A stretch of 64,000 nt of DNA from Sedimentisphaerales bacterium. Its GTDB lineage: Bacteria > Planctomycetota > Phycisphaerae > Sedimentisphaerales > SM23-30. The stretch is from NCBI GenBank assembly GCA_963666285.1, contig OY762711.1. One strand, written 5' to 3'. Positions within the stretch are counted from its first letter, which is position 1. Each line of letters begins with the position of its first letter. Positions 42,618 through 52,457 of the stretch are shown one piece after another. The notes under the pieces are model-generated. The model ran no database searches. It was not told the origin of the DNA and worked only from the letters and a program-made list of their open reading frames with translations. Both the position numbers and the translations under genes were made by a program.

Positions 42618-45293
42618 ATGAAATATTTACCATTTTTTATCCTGACACTATTATGCTGCCATTATACCTATGCTGCGGAACTGGCAGTACCATCTCAATA
42701 TAATACCATTGAAGATGCTCTCAATGCCGCCACTGACAATGACGAAATCATTCTTGCTCCCGGAACATACTCTGGCTCCGGCAACACAGACATAACAATT
42801 AACGGTCTCACTGCGACAATACGCTCACAGGACCCGGAAGATGCGTCTGTAGTCGCCCAGACCATTATCGACTGCGAGGACAACTCAAGGGCATTTATTT
42901 TGTCAAACAATACCGGGGCTTTAACCATAAAAGGTATTACCATTTCTAATGGGAATTCTACTGCCGGCGGTGCCATTCTCGTTACCTCATCGTCACTATC
43001 CCTTTATAATTGCATTATTAATAGCTGCACCTCGAATAGTGATGGTGGTGCCATTGCTGTCACCTCTGGCAGTGTCATCATTTCTCAAGGCTCAATTTTT
43101 ATCAACAATACCGCCGCTAACGACGGAGGAGCGATTTACTCAAGCGGTGACTCGGTTATCACTTTACAAGACTCTATCTTTTCGCAAAATAGTTCTGACA
43201 GGGACGGCGGTGCTATTGCCTGCAGTAACAACAACAGCGATGTACTTATCGACACGTGTTCCGTTATCGGAAATAAATCTACTGACTTCGGAGGCGGCAT
43301 TAACTTCACATATTTGACCAGGACACAGATCCAAAACTCAGTTATTGCCGGAAACTTCGCTGATAGCCACGGTGGCGGAATTTATTATTCTAACTCTACT
43401 TACGAATCTGACACCCCTTCCAACCTGATTATCAACTCTACTATTACCGAAAACAGGTCAGCTGCCAATGGTGGCGGTCTCAGACTTTTTGATAGCGAGT
43501 TAGAGCTGGCAAATACTGTAATATGGAACAATAGTGTTACTGTCGATGGACAATATCAGGAAGTAGCGATTTCCGGTGATAACTCCTTACTGCAAATGGC
43601 TTTCTGTCTAATACAAGGATCGCTTGATGATGACTTCGATAATGAATACGTTTTCTTGGAACTTGGCTCACTTGTAGAAAGACTCGGCGGTAACATATCC
43701 GGCCCCCCTTCTTTTACCTCAACTGGCTCATGGGCAGATGAACAATGGACCCCCGGCAACTATCTGCCAACCAGCGGCTCGTTCTGTTTTAATGGTGGAA
43801 GTACGGATTATATCGATGAACAATTGACTCTTGATTTCGCAGGAGAAGATAGAATCAAAGGGCTTACTGTTGATATAGGTGCATTTGAAATGGACATTCC
43901 TGACGGCTCGGACCTGACAGCTACCCTCGATATCGATCTCAAATACACCGGAGATATTATCCCCGGCGATAAAGGCAAAGCTATTGTTACCGTCACAAAT
44001 ATTGGCAACGAAGATGCCGAAGGTGAAATAAGTGTAAGTCTTTATATGTCAACAGATCAATACCTGGACTCATCTGACACCTTACTCTATTCGCCATCCA
44101 AAAAAACAAAAGTCAAATTCCTGGTTGACAAACTAAAGCCAAAAGCATTTAAACTCTCATTTATTATTCCGGGTGACATTGATACCGGCACTTACTATAT
44201 ATTAGCCCATGTTGATGCTGAAAATGACATCTCTGAAGCCGATGAAAGCATGATTAGCAACATTATAGCCAGTGAGCAGCAGACTTTAGCATGGAAATTT
44301 GGCAGCTTCGGCACAAGGAATAATGCTAAACTTATTCTGGAAGACAGCCAGGGCATTACCAACCAATACCTTATCAAAGATGGCTGGGGTGAAATTGACT
44401 CCAATCGATCTGATATAAATATCACTAGTACTTCTCAAAAATGTACTTTAACCGTAAAACCAATGAGTAAGGATGGCACACCTGAACTTGGCAGCATTAC
44501 ATGCACCGGCGATCTCAGCATAAACGCTAAAACACATAATCTTGCTGGCGATATATATATAACAGGTACAATGCCGAAATTTGTTATCAATGATGCCATT
44601 GACGGCGATACTGGATATACAATCACGGTTCTGGGATCATCAACTGATGAAAAAACCGGAGCAACTATACAAGCTCTTAATATCAGTGACCTGAATATAT
44701 ACTCACCTGATTACCCGATTAAATCCATAAAAGTTAATAAATGGCTGAATTCTAGCCAGCCGCCGGTTATTGAAACTCCATGGATTAAATCTATTAGCTG
44801 TAAGGAAAACTTTGAAGCCTCATTGAGAATAACTGGTGAAAATGCTGATAAAAACATCTCGATAGGCTCCGCCAAAATCGGTGCAAATATTGAAAATGCC
44901 TCCTGGGAAATCGAAGGTGATATTAAATCTATTTCTGCCAATGCCCTTATAAATTTCGCACTTTTCCACGGAACATCTGAAGGTGTATCTGAGCCAACAG
45001 GAAATACATCTGATATCACAAATCAATACTCTCTTTCTCTTTCTCTCAAAGATAGTAATATTGCGATGCAGGATTCAACTATAATTACCTGGGAAGTTAG
45101 CAAATTCTCGTTCTCCGGCAGTGCCGTTGCCGAGGGTTCATGCTACTTTGAATTTTTCTCCAGTCGTAAACCGGTACCTTTGCCTGGCGGCGTATTAAAC
45201 CCGGCTTCCAATTCTGCGCAAACTTCGCTTATGCTAAATCAGATTTCTTCCATCTGGCAGCCAGAACTGAAAAATATTTTTAATCTGTTTTAG
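42618..45293 (+). CDS. Secreted parallel beta-helix (Pmp-type GGAI repeat) protein with a CARDB-like domain
   Basis: Signal peptide; VPSQYNTIEDALNAA; repeated N.A..GGAI; DIGAFE; VTNIGN...YILAHVDAENDISEADE. Confidence 0.8.
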   Translation: MKYLPFFILTLLCCHYTYAAELAVPSQYNTIEDALNAATDNDEIILAPGTYSGSGNTDITINGLTATIRSQDPEDASVVAQTIIDCEDNSRAFILSNNTGALTIKGITISNGNSTAGGAILVTSSSLSLYNCIINSCTSNSDGGAIAVTSGSVIISQGSIFINNTAANDGGAIYSSGDSVITLQDSIFSQNSSDRDGGAIACSNNNSDVLIDTCSVIGNKSTDFGGGINFTYLTRTQIQNSVIAGNFADSHGGGIYYSNSTYESDTPSNLIINSTITENRSAANGGGLRLFDSELELANTVIWNNSVTVDGQYQEVAISGDNSLLQMAFCLIQGSLDDDFDNEYVFLELGSLVERLGGNISGPPSFTSTGSWADEQWTPGNYLPTSGSFCFNGGSTDYIDEQLTLDFAGEDRIKGLTVDIGAFEMDIPDGSDLTATLDIDLKYTGDIIPGDKGKAIVTVTNIGNEDAEGEISVSLYMSTDQYLDSSDTLLYSPSKKTKVKFLVDKLKPKAFKLSFIIPGDIDTGTYYILAHVDAENDISEADESMISNIIASEQQTLAWKFGSFGTRNNAKLILEDSQGITNQYLIKDGWGEIDSNRSDINITSTSQKCTLTVKPMSKDGTPELGSITCTGDLSINAKTHNLAGDIYITGTMPKFVINDAIDGDTGYTITVLGSSTDEKTGATIQALNISDLNIYSPDYPIKSIKVNKWLNSSQPPVIETPWIKSISCKENFEASLRITGENADKNISIGSAKIGANIENASWEIEGDIKSISANALINFALFHGTSEGVSEPTGNTSDITNQYSLSLSLKDSNIAMQDSTIITWEVSKFSFSGSAVAEGSCYFEFFSSRKPVPLPGGVLNPASNSAQTSLMLNQISSIWQPELKNIFNLF

Positions 45294-45320
45294 ATATAAA
45301 TGCTAAGTTTAGTTCCGAAT

Positions 45321-47587
45321 TTAATTTTTATCATACACCCTGACATAATCAATATAATATTTATGAGGAAACAGGCTGTCATCAATACCTTTTTGACCGC
45401 CCCATGCTCCGCCAATCGCAAGGTTTAGTATTAAATAATGCGGCTTATCAAACGGCCATTCATTATCTCCGGTACCTTCATTACGAAAAGTAAAATAATG
45501 CTTATTATCAACGAATGTCTCAATCCTGTCATCATACCACTCAATTGCATATAAATGATACTTATCCATACAGGTTGGAACCTTTATAGTAGCACTCTTC
45601 TGTGTGCCGATTACATGATAATAGCTCTTACAGTGAATTGTGCCAACGATAGTCTCCGGATCATAACCAACATTTTCCATTATATCGATCTCGCCGCATT
45701 TCGGCCACCCAACCTGACCAATATTTTTCCCCAACATCCATATCGCCGGCCAGGTCCCTTTCCCTGTTGGCAGCTTTGCCCTTATCTCAAATCTACCATA
45801 AGTCCATTCTTTCTTCCCTGCAGTATGGATACTCGCTGATGTATATTCAGCATTCTCTTTGTACCCCTCTTTTCGTGCCTCAATCAGCAAACTGCCATTC
45901 TCAACACGTGTATTCTCCAGTCTCTGCCTGGTATAATATTGCTTTTCATTATTTCGGATAAAACCAACCTCATGGTTCCACTTCTCAGCATCAGGCAAGC
46001 CCTGATAGTCAAACTCATCATTCCAGCTCAACTTCCACTCAGGATCCTCCGGTTTATTGTAGCCCTTTTCATCACAATGCAATTTTGAATGCAATCTTAC
46101 TTTATTTACCGTATCCCCGCCATTTTGTAAGTAAAACCGGTTTTCCTTGACTCCGGAATCAATTCTATCTGATTTCGTATTATCTGCGGTAAAAACGGCA
46201 CTTGTTAACGGATGCCATATACCATCGATACTCTTCACCCAGCCATTACCAAAACTTGCATTGCGGATTTGCTTGGCACTTTCGCCATTACGCCTGAAAT
46301 CTTCGACAAACGAATAATACCCTTTTAATGGATCGCCAGCGGTTTTTGTCTGGAATGTAGCAAGATGCTTCCAGCCGCTCGTCTCGCTCAAACAAACAAA
46401 AGCTGAGTAAATTGTTGTGTCATTCTCTACCACAGCTTTGACTATACACCTTACAGTCTGGTTCAGCTCCCAATCAGTATAAAACATAGACTTCGCGCCC
46501 GTGCCTTCATTTCCAAACCTGCTTATTTTTACATCATCTCCGGAAAATATAACTTTAACCCGGTTTTCTTCTTGCACCTTAGCTGGATCATTCTGATCAC
46601 CCGGATCCCACACAGAGAAGATTACTACTTTTTTCCCTCCCCATAACTCCTGGATTCCAAAATAGCCGTGATTAAATCCACAAACGCAAAAGTAACTGCC
46701 TGGAACACTTTTTTCAACTGAAACTTCATTATAAAATGCCATACCTTCCGGAGCGTCATACCACAAATGAACACTGCGGGCTGCTCTAGGAAACTCATTT
46801 CCCTGGGCCAAGACATTTGTTACTATTAAAAAACATATAAACAGGAGAATAAACGTATACTTTTGTCGAGTAGGCATGTCGCCTCCTTTCATTAATTTAA
46901 CAAATTCTGAGTTTCATTATATTTTGTGCAAGGAAACGCATGCCCCTCACAGAACCGGACTTGAAGATTTCCCTCATCCGGCTCTTCATTAATGCTCACT
47001 TTGACGGCTACATAAGGCAAAGTAATGTGCCTTGTAGAAGTCTCCGATAGAAGACGCTGTGGAACGTTCATGGTTTCTTCCAGTTCAGTGCCTGGCCAAT
47101 ATCCTGTTTCGCCTTTACACATTAATGCTGACCCCTTCGAGTGCCTCAAACTTCGAAACTCAACAGGCATTACCCTGTTTACTCCTCTACTATGAGTCAG
47201 TCCGACTACCAAAATGCCATACGGCCGCGTCACGGTTTCAGCTCCTTGGCCGCTTCCTTTCGGAGCACTTCGGTTCTCCCAAGTTCCAATGCAGTCAGTT
47301 CGTTTGCCCGCTACGGACTCAGACCCCGGCTCGTCGATATATGCTCGCCGTATTTCGCATATATCGATATTGGCTTCAGGCATATGAAAACCCTGGCCCG
47401 GATGCGATAAGGAATAATTTCGGGGCTCAACACCTTCACTTGCGTTGTGGCTGACAAACTCCTTTCCCGGGGCTTCGTACAGTTCGTTACCTCTCTGCAC
47501 GCCCGGTGCTGTAATGGGCGGGTGGCTAGCCCTTACCCATGCCGGATTGGCCGGCTTGACTACATTAGCTTCGCTTGGCGCTCTCAT
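45321..47587 (-). CDS. Secreted DUF3472-like plus GH16 glycoside hydrolase, interrupted by a group II intron (exon 1 47587-47584, exon 2 46864-45321; spliced product 515 aa)
   Basis: Splicing gives ATG AAA AAG TAT = MKKYTFILLFICFLIVTNVLAQ (signal peptide); GYFGIQE..IFSVWD; GH16 motifs WPAIWML, GEIDIME, IDYVRVY. Confidence 0.88.
46865..47583 (-). mobile_element. RT-less group II intron, copy 1 (719 nt)
   Basis: 5' GAGCG (variant of GUGYG); domain V GAGCCGGATGAGGGAAATCTTCAAGTCCGGTTC at 46984-46952; domain VI with bulged A at -7 (46871); 3' end ..CTCGAC; no RT/YADD motif; identical by eye to copy 2. Confidence 0.93.
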
Positions 47588-47646
47588 ACTCTTTCCTTAC
47601 CCGGCATAACCAGATGAATTAAAAAATTAAACTTATGGCCAAAATA

Positions 47647-48795
47647 TCATTGTTTTAGCCATTCAAATGAAAATCTGTCAAAAACTATCATCTCATATGG
47701 ATGATCATTTCCTTTCTCAAATAAACAGCCCGCTGTCCCATCAGCCGTCACTGCAAGACACGAATACGCACTGGCTCCGCTATATAGCAATTTTGCGACC
47801 GGCCAGGTCTTACCATCGTCATAACTCAGCCTAACAGTCATGTTAACACGAGAACTCATACTCGCTGGATTAGAAAACAGAAGATAAGGTCGTGATTGTG
47901 AGTTATCATCATCACTCATCCACTTCACAATACTCGCCTGGCAGATTGGCTCAACCAATTCAGAATCATAAAAAGTCTCCGACCAGGTTACTCCGCCATC
48001 GTCACTGCAGCTCACCGCACGGGTCCTATTCTCCCTGAAGTAATTTCTGCTATTCAGCATAATCCTTCCGTCCGACAATTCGACAACCTGACACTCATTT
48101 AACTTATCTGCCCGGGTTGAACCTCCCAGCTTCCAGCTGTTACCATGGTCATCGGAATAACTAACATGAGAATAATACTTCTTGCTACCCTTCTCTATAT
48201 GATCGCAAGGTATCACCAATCTCCCATTAAACCGCCCGCTGCATAGCTGAATCCCGCAACCAGGCCCGGTTGCATACCAGCTCCAGTTTTCCTGCTTTGT
48301 CGAACTGGTTATATCAATAGGCTTTGTCCAGGAAATACCATCATCTGAACTGTGAGACACCCAGACTGTTCTGGTCTCTTTACTGCTGCCATCTATTATC
48401 TGCCTTTCGTGGTCCGAGCCAAGGTTGCGAGTCATAAGCAACCAGATAATACCGGTATCTTCGTCTACCACCACACAAGGATTACCGCAGGTATTTTCAC
48501 CGTCTGACCAGACTATTATCTGATCTGACCATGTTTTACCATTATCTGTACTTCGCTTCAGTAAAATATCGATATTGCCGGCATCCCCTTTGTTTTCCCT
48601 GCCTTCACAAAATGCCAGGATAGTCCCTTTTGTAGTCACTCCCAAAGCCGGAATACGATAGGTATGATAGCCGCCACTGCCACTTTCGTAAACAGTGCAT
48701 ATTTCTCTCTCAAAATTACTTTCAGCCAAAACATGAAAATGACAAACCAAAAGTAATATTATAATTTTCAGTCCAAAATACATGTAATTATTCAT
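47647..48795 (-). CDS. Sialidase family protein (GH33)
   Basis: Signal peptide, YRIP motif, several Asp-boxes (STDNGKTW, SSDDGISW, SDDHGNSW, SDDGGVTW, SYDDGKTW). Confidence 0.92.
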   Translation of the reverse strand: MNNYMYFGLKIIILLLVCHFHVLAESNFEREICTVYESGSGGYHTYRIPALGVTTKGTILAFCEGRENKGDAGNIDILLKRSTDNGKTWSDQIIVWSDGENTCGNPCVVVDEDTGIIWLLMTRNLGSDHERQIIDGSSKETRTVWVSHSSDDGISWTKPIDITSSTKQENWSWYATGPGCGIQLCSGRFNGRLVIPCDHIEKGSKKYYSHVSYSDDHGNSWKLGGSTRADKLNECQVVELSDGRIMLNSRNYFRENRTRAVSCSDDGGVTWSETFYDSELVEPICQASIVKWMSDDDNSQSRPYLLFSNPASMSSRVNMTVRLSYDDGKTWPVAKLLYSGASAYSCLAVTADGTAGCLFEKGNDHPYEMIVFDRFSFEWLKQ

Positions 48796-48821
48796 ATCTA
48801 CACCTCGATAAGCTGACAGGC

Positions 48822-50542
48822 TTACTGTCTCGTATTGTTCACCTTGACTGCTTCAATTGTCATATCTTTCCATTCGGATTCAATACCGCGTAAATGATGA
48901 TCGAAAAACTGCTTTGTATATTTAATTGTCTCCGGTCCAAATCCTTGACCGTGCCCTCCGTCTTTTACGGTAATCATTGTACAGTTTATTTTTGCTTTTC
49001 TCAAAGCAGTAATAAATAATTCAGATTGATTATACGGCACCAGCGGATCTTTGGTACCATGAATTATTAAAAATGGAGGATCATCTTTAGTAATATACCG
49101 AATTGGATTCGCAGTAGCAACCTTATCCTTATTCTCTTGTATGGCTCCTCCGATAAGTTCTGATTCCGGCGAATCTGGTGCATCGTGGCTCTGGATCGAA
49201 CCTGCTTTATCCATCTGCAAAAAATCGGTCGGGCCAAAGAAATCTGCAACACATGAAACATGACTCGAAACGTCTTTATATTCTCCTAGTCCCCCATCCA
49301 TAACCGCCGCTCCACTGCTCGTACCCAGCATTGATACCAGGTGGCCGCCGGCTGATGATCCCCATACCCCTATCCTATCGCTATCTAATCCGTATTTATT
49401 TGCATTTGCCCTTATCCAGCGAATGGCAGCTTTACAGTCATGAATTTGTGCCGGCCAAACGGCATCTCCACTTAACCTGTAATTTACTGTCGCCGCGGCA
49501 TAATCTCCTGAAGCAACAAACGGTATCAGCTTTCCGACACTACTGGATTTATCTCCCGCTCTAAATGCTCCGCCATGAACATACACAATTACAGGCAAAG
49601 ACTTTTCTCCTGAATTCTTTGGAATCAGCAAATCTAAACACTGTCTTTCATGACTGTTTTTTAGATAAGGTAAGTCTTTTATGTGTAGAACATTATCGCG
49701 GTTCATCTTATACTGCATACCTCTTTCCGGCCTTTCCCTGTTTTGTTCCTGCTGGCCGAATAGCTGAGCTGCTCCCAAAAATATAACCAGAATCACGATT
49801 ATCTGTCTATTAATATCTTGTCGAGTAGGCATGTCGCCTCCTTTCATTAATTTAACAAATTCTGAGTTTCATTATATTTTGTGCAAGGAAACGCATGCCC
49901 CTCACAGAACCGGACTTGAAGATTTCCCTCATCCGGCTCTTCATTAATGCTCACTTTGACGGCTACATAAGGCAAAGTAATGTGCCTTGTAGAAGTCTCC
50001 GATAGAAGACGCTGTGGAACGTTCATGGTTTCTTCCAGTTCAGTGCCTGGCCAATATCCTGTTTCGCCTTTACACATTAATGCTGACCCCTTCGAGTGCC
50101 TCAAACTTCGAAACTCAACAGGCATTACCCTGTTTACTCCTCTACTATGAGTCAGTCCGACTACCAAAATGCCATACGGCCGCGTCACGGTTTCAGCTCC
50201 TTGGCCGCTTCCTTTCGGAGCACTTCGGTTCTCCCAAGTTCCAATGCAGTCAGTTCGTTTGCCCGCTACGGACTCAGACCCCGGCTCGTCGATATATGCT
50301 CGCCGTATTTCGCATATATCGATATTGGCTTCAGGCATATGAAAACCCTGGCCCGGATGCGATAAGGAATAATTTCGGGGCTCAACACCTTCACTTGCGT
50401 TGTGGCTGACAAACTCCTTTCCCGGGGCTTCGTACAGTTCGTTACCTCTCTGCACGCCCGGTGCTGTAATGGGCGGGTGGCTAGCCCTTACCCATGCCGG
50501 ATTGGCCGGCTTGACTACATTAGCTTCGCTTGGCGCTCTCAT
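48822..50542 (-). CDS. Secreted alpha/beta-hydrolase (BD-FAE-like esterase), interrupted by a group II intron (exon 1 50542-50539, exon 2 49819-48822; spliced product 333 aa)
   Basis: Splicing gives ATG AAA GAT ATT = MKDINRQIIVILVIFLGAAQLFG; HGGAF, GSSAGGHL, HGTKDPLVP, GGHG. Confidence 0.88.
49820..50538 (-). mobile_element. RT-less group II intron, copy 2 (719 nt)
   Basis: Same sequence as 46865-47583 (offset 2955); flanks diverge outside TATGA|AA. Confidence 0.93.
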
Positions 50543-50568
50543 AAAAACTCCCTTCATTATTCTATCGA

Positions 50569-51471
50569 TCAATCAAATTTTAAACCTGTATCTTGCCGTT
50601 TTAGTGTAATATCTCGTAAATAATGATCAAAAAATTGCCAAACCTTATCTGTCACCTCTTCTCCAAATCCTTCACCATGCCCACCACCTTCAATAGTAAC
50701 CATTATACATTCATTATTCTTATCTCGCAATGCCTTAGAAAGCAGCTCAGATTGAATATATGGTACAATGGAATCGCCGGTTCCGTGAACGATCAGAAAT
50801 GGCGGCTCATCACCATTAATATATGTCATGGGATTCGCTCCCGCAATTTTACCAACATTATCTTCGATCGGTCCGCCAAACAGCTCAACTGCTGGTGATT
50901 CATCAATTTCATACTCTACGTCAGTACCAAACTTATCCATATGAAAGAAATCTGTTGGCCCATAGAAATCAACTACACAAGATACCTTACTGGAAACATC
51001 TAAACAACATTCAGGCTCACCCTCCAACGATCTCACCCCGTTACTCGTACCTAGCATAACGGCAAGATGACCGCCTGCCGAACACCCCCATACTCCTATT
51101 CGGCTGCTGTCAATTCCATATTTCTCGGCATTGTTTCGGATCCAGCGTAACGCAGCTTTACAATCATGGATCTGTGCCGGCCATATCGCATCACTGCTAT
51201 ACCGGTAGTTAATTGACACTGCCGCATATTGGCCTGACTCCACAAATGGAACAACGATAGGCAAACCAGTAGCTTTATCACCGGTTCGATATGCTCCCCC
51301 ATGTATATATACAATAACAGGAAGCAGATCTTGTTCACGGCTTTCAGGGATCAGCAGATCCAGATTCTGCCTGCAATGACCGTTGTCAACATAGGCAATG
51401 TCCTGTAAATGCCTGACCCCGGTTTTATTAATATCATGCATGTTCTTTCTATTTATCATATACCAATTCAA
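50569..51471 (-). CDS. Alpha/beta-hydrolase (BD-FAE-like esterase), paralog of the downstream gene; start probably the ATG at 51441
   Basis: HGGAY, WPAQIHDCKAA, GCSAGGHL, HGTGDSIVP, GGHG. Confidence 0.88.
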   Translation of the reverse strand: MNWYMINRKNMHDINKTGVRHLQDIAYVDNGHCRQNLDLLIPESREQDLLPVIVYIHGGAYRTGDKATGLPIVVPFVESGQYAAVSINYRYSSDAIWPAQIHDCKAALRWIRNNAEKYGIDSSRIGVWGCSAGGHLAVMLGTSNGVRSLEGEPECCLDVSSKVSCVVDFYGPTDFFHMDKFGTDVEYEIDESPAVELFGGPIEDNVGKIAGANPMTYINGDEPPFLIVHGTGDSIVPYIQSELLSKALRDKNNECIMVTIEGGGHGEGFGEEVTDKVWQFFDHYLRDITLKRQDTGLKFD

Positions 51472-51714
51472 TTATGAAGAATTACAAAATCATAAAAGCC
51501 TTACTATTTATATTTTCATTTTTCCACTTTTGTATCTTTCTGATGAAATCTTAAATGAACATTTAGTTTAATTATATCACTCTAAAAACAATAAAAGAGG
51601 CTCGCCCCTTTTTCATCTAAACATTTACACCATAATTACTTATACTTAAAAAAACTAAATCAGTCAAAGCAACCGTTTATCTCATATATATTATTGTTTA
51701 CTTTCACACTTTTC

Positions 51715-51754
51715 AAGTTGCAATAATCGCCTAAACGGCCTTCCTGCAACACTT
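51715..51754. repeat. Palindromic element, copy B
   Basis: AAGTTGCAATAATCGCCTAAACGGCCTTCCTGCAACACTT; related to 42344-42401. Confidence 0.7.
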
Positions 51755-52457
51755 ATGTTTTAAACAAAGCGTGAGACGATAGTCGACACCTTAATTTTTC
51801 AATTTTCACTATTCGTTTTTCACTTAATTGGCCCTGTTCTGGCCTTTGCGTGTAATGTTGAACTGTCAAAAGTGCGCCATGCATATGATGCGAAGCATAA
51901 ACCGCAATCTCACTTTTTTTATTTATTTCAAAAAAAATAAAAATCTATTTGCCAAACCCGCAGGCATGTTCTGTGTTTAACTAATAAGGCTGAGTAATTT
52001 GTTTGTCGATCGGGAATTTATCACCCATTCTTGAATATGTGTGCCACAACATGGCCTTTGATGTCGGGACCACTAATTGCGAAACCCTGGCATAACAACC
52101 TAAAAAATCAGAAAGGAGCATACAACGCGGGCACTACAGGCACCCGCTAAAAAAAATAAAGTGACCTCTGGAAATTGCTTTTGATGCGATAGTTTAAGAT
52201 TTTGGTTGCTGACAAGGAACATAAAATCGTGCATATTGGGCTATATTCACTGTTTTATGTGACGCATGTCAGAAGGCAAAAGAAAAACTTGTCGCTCAAA
52301 ATGAATTTTCTGAGGTTGCCTTAAGTAATGTAGGTAATATCAGAGCCGCGAGGTGAACCGAGCGGTTTATCTCGGCATAAGCCGATTTAATCAGTTTTCC
52401 GCCTTTGGCGGACAACCTTAGCTTATTTCTTATATCTTATTACTTGTTAATCGCCTG

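Noticed and set aside
47059..47454. Plus-strand ORFs in both intron copies
   Set aside because: Antisense to the intron, with no recognisable domain.
46865..47583. The 719-bp repeat as an IS or MITE
   Set aside because: No terminal inverted repeats or target duplication; domain V/VI and the termini identify a group II intron.
46892..47587. 231-aa and 241-aa ORFs (also 49847-50572) as conventional proteins or an RT/maturase
   Set aside because: They are translations of ribozyme domains I-VI with no RT motifs; kept only as a read-through hypothesis.
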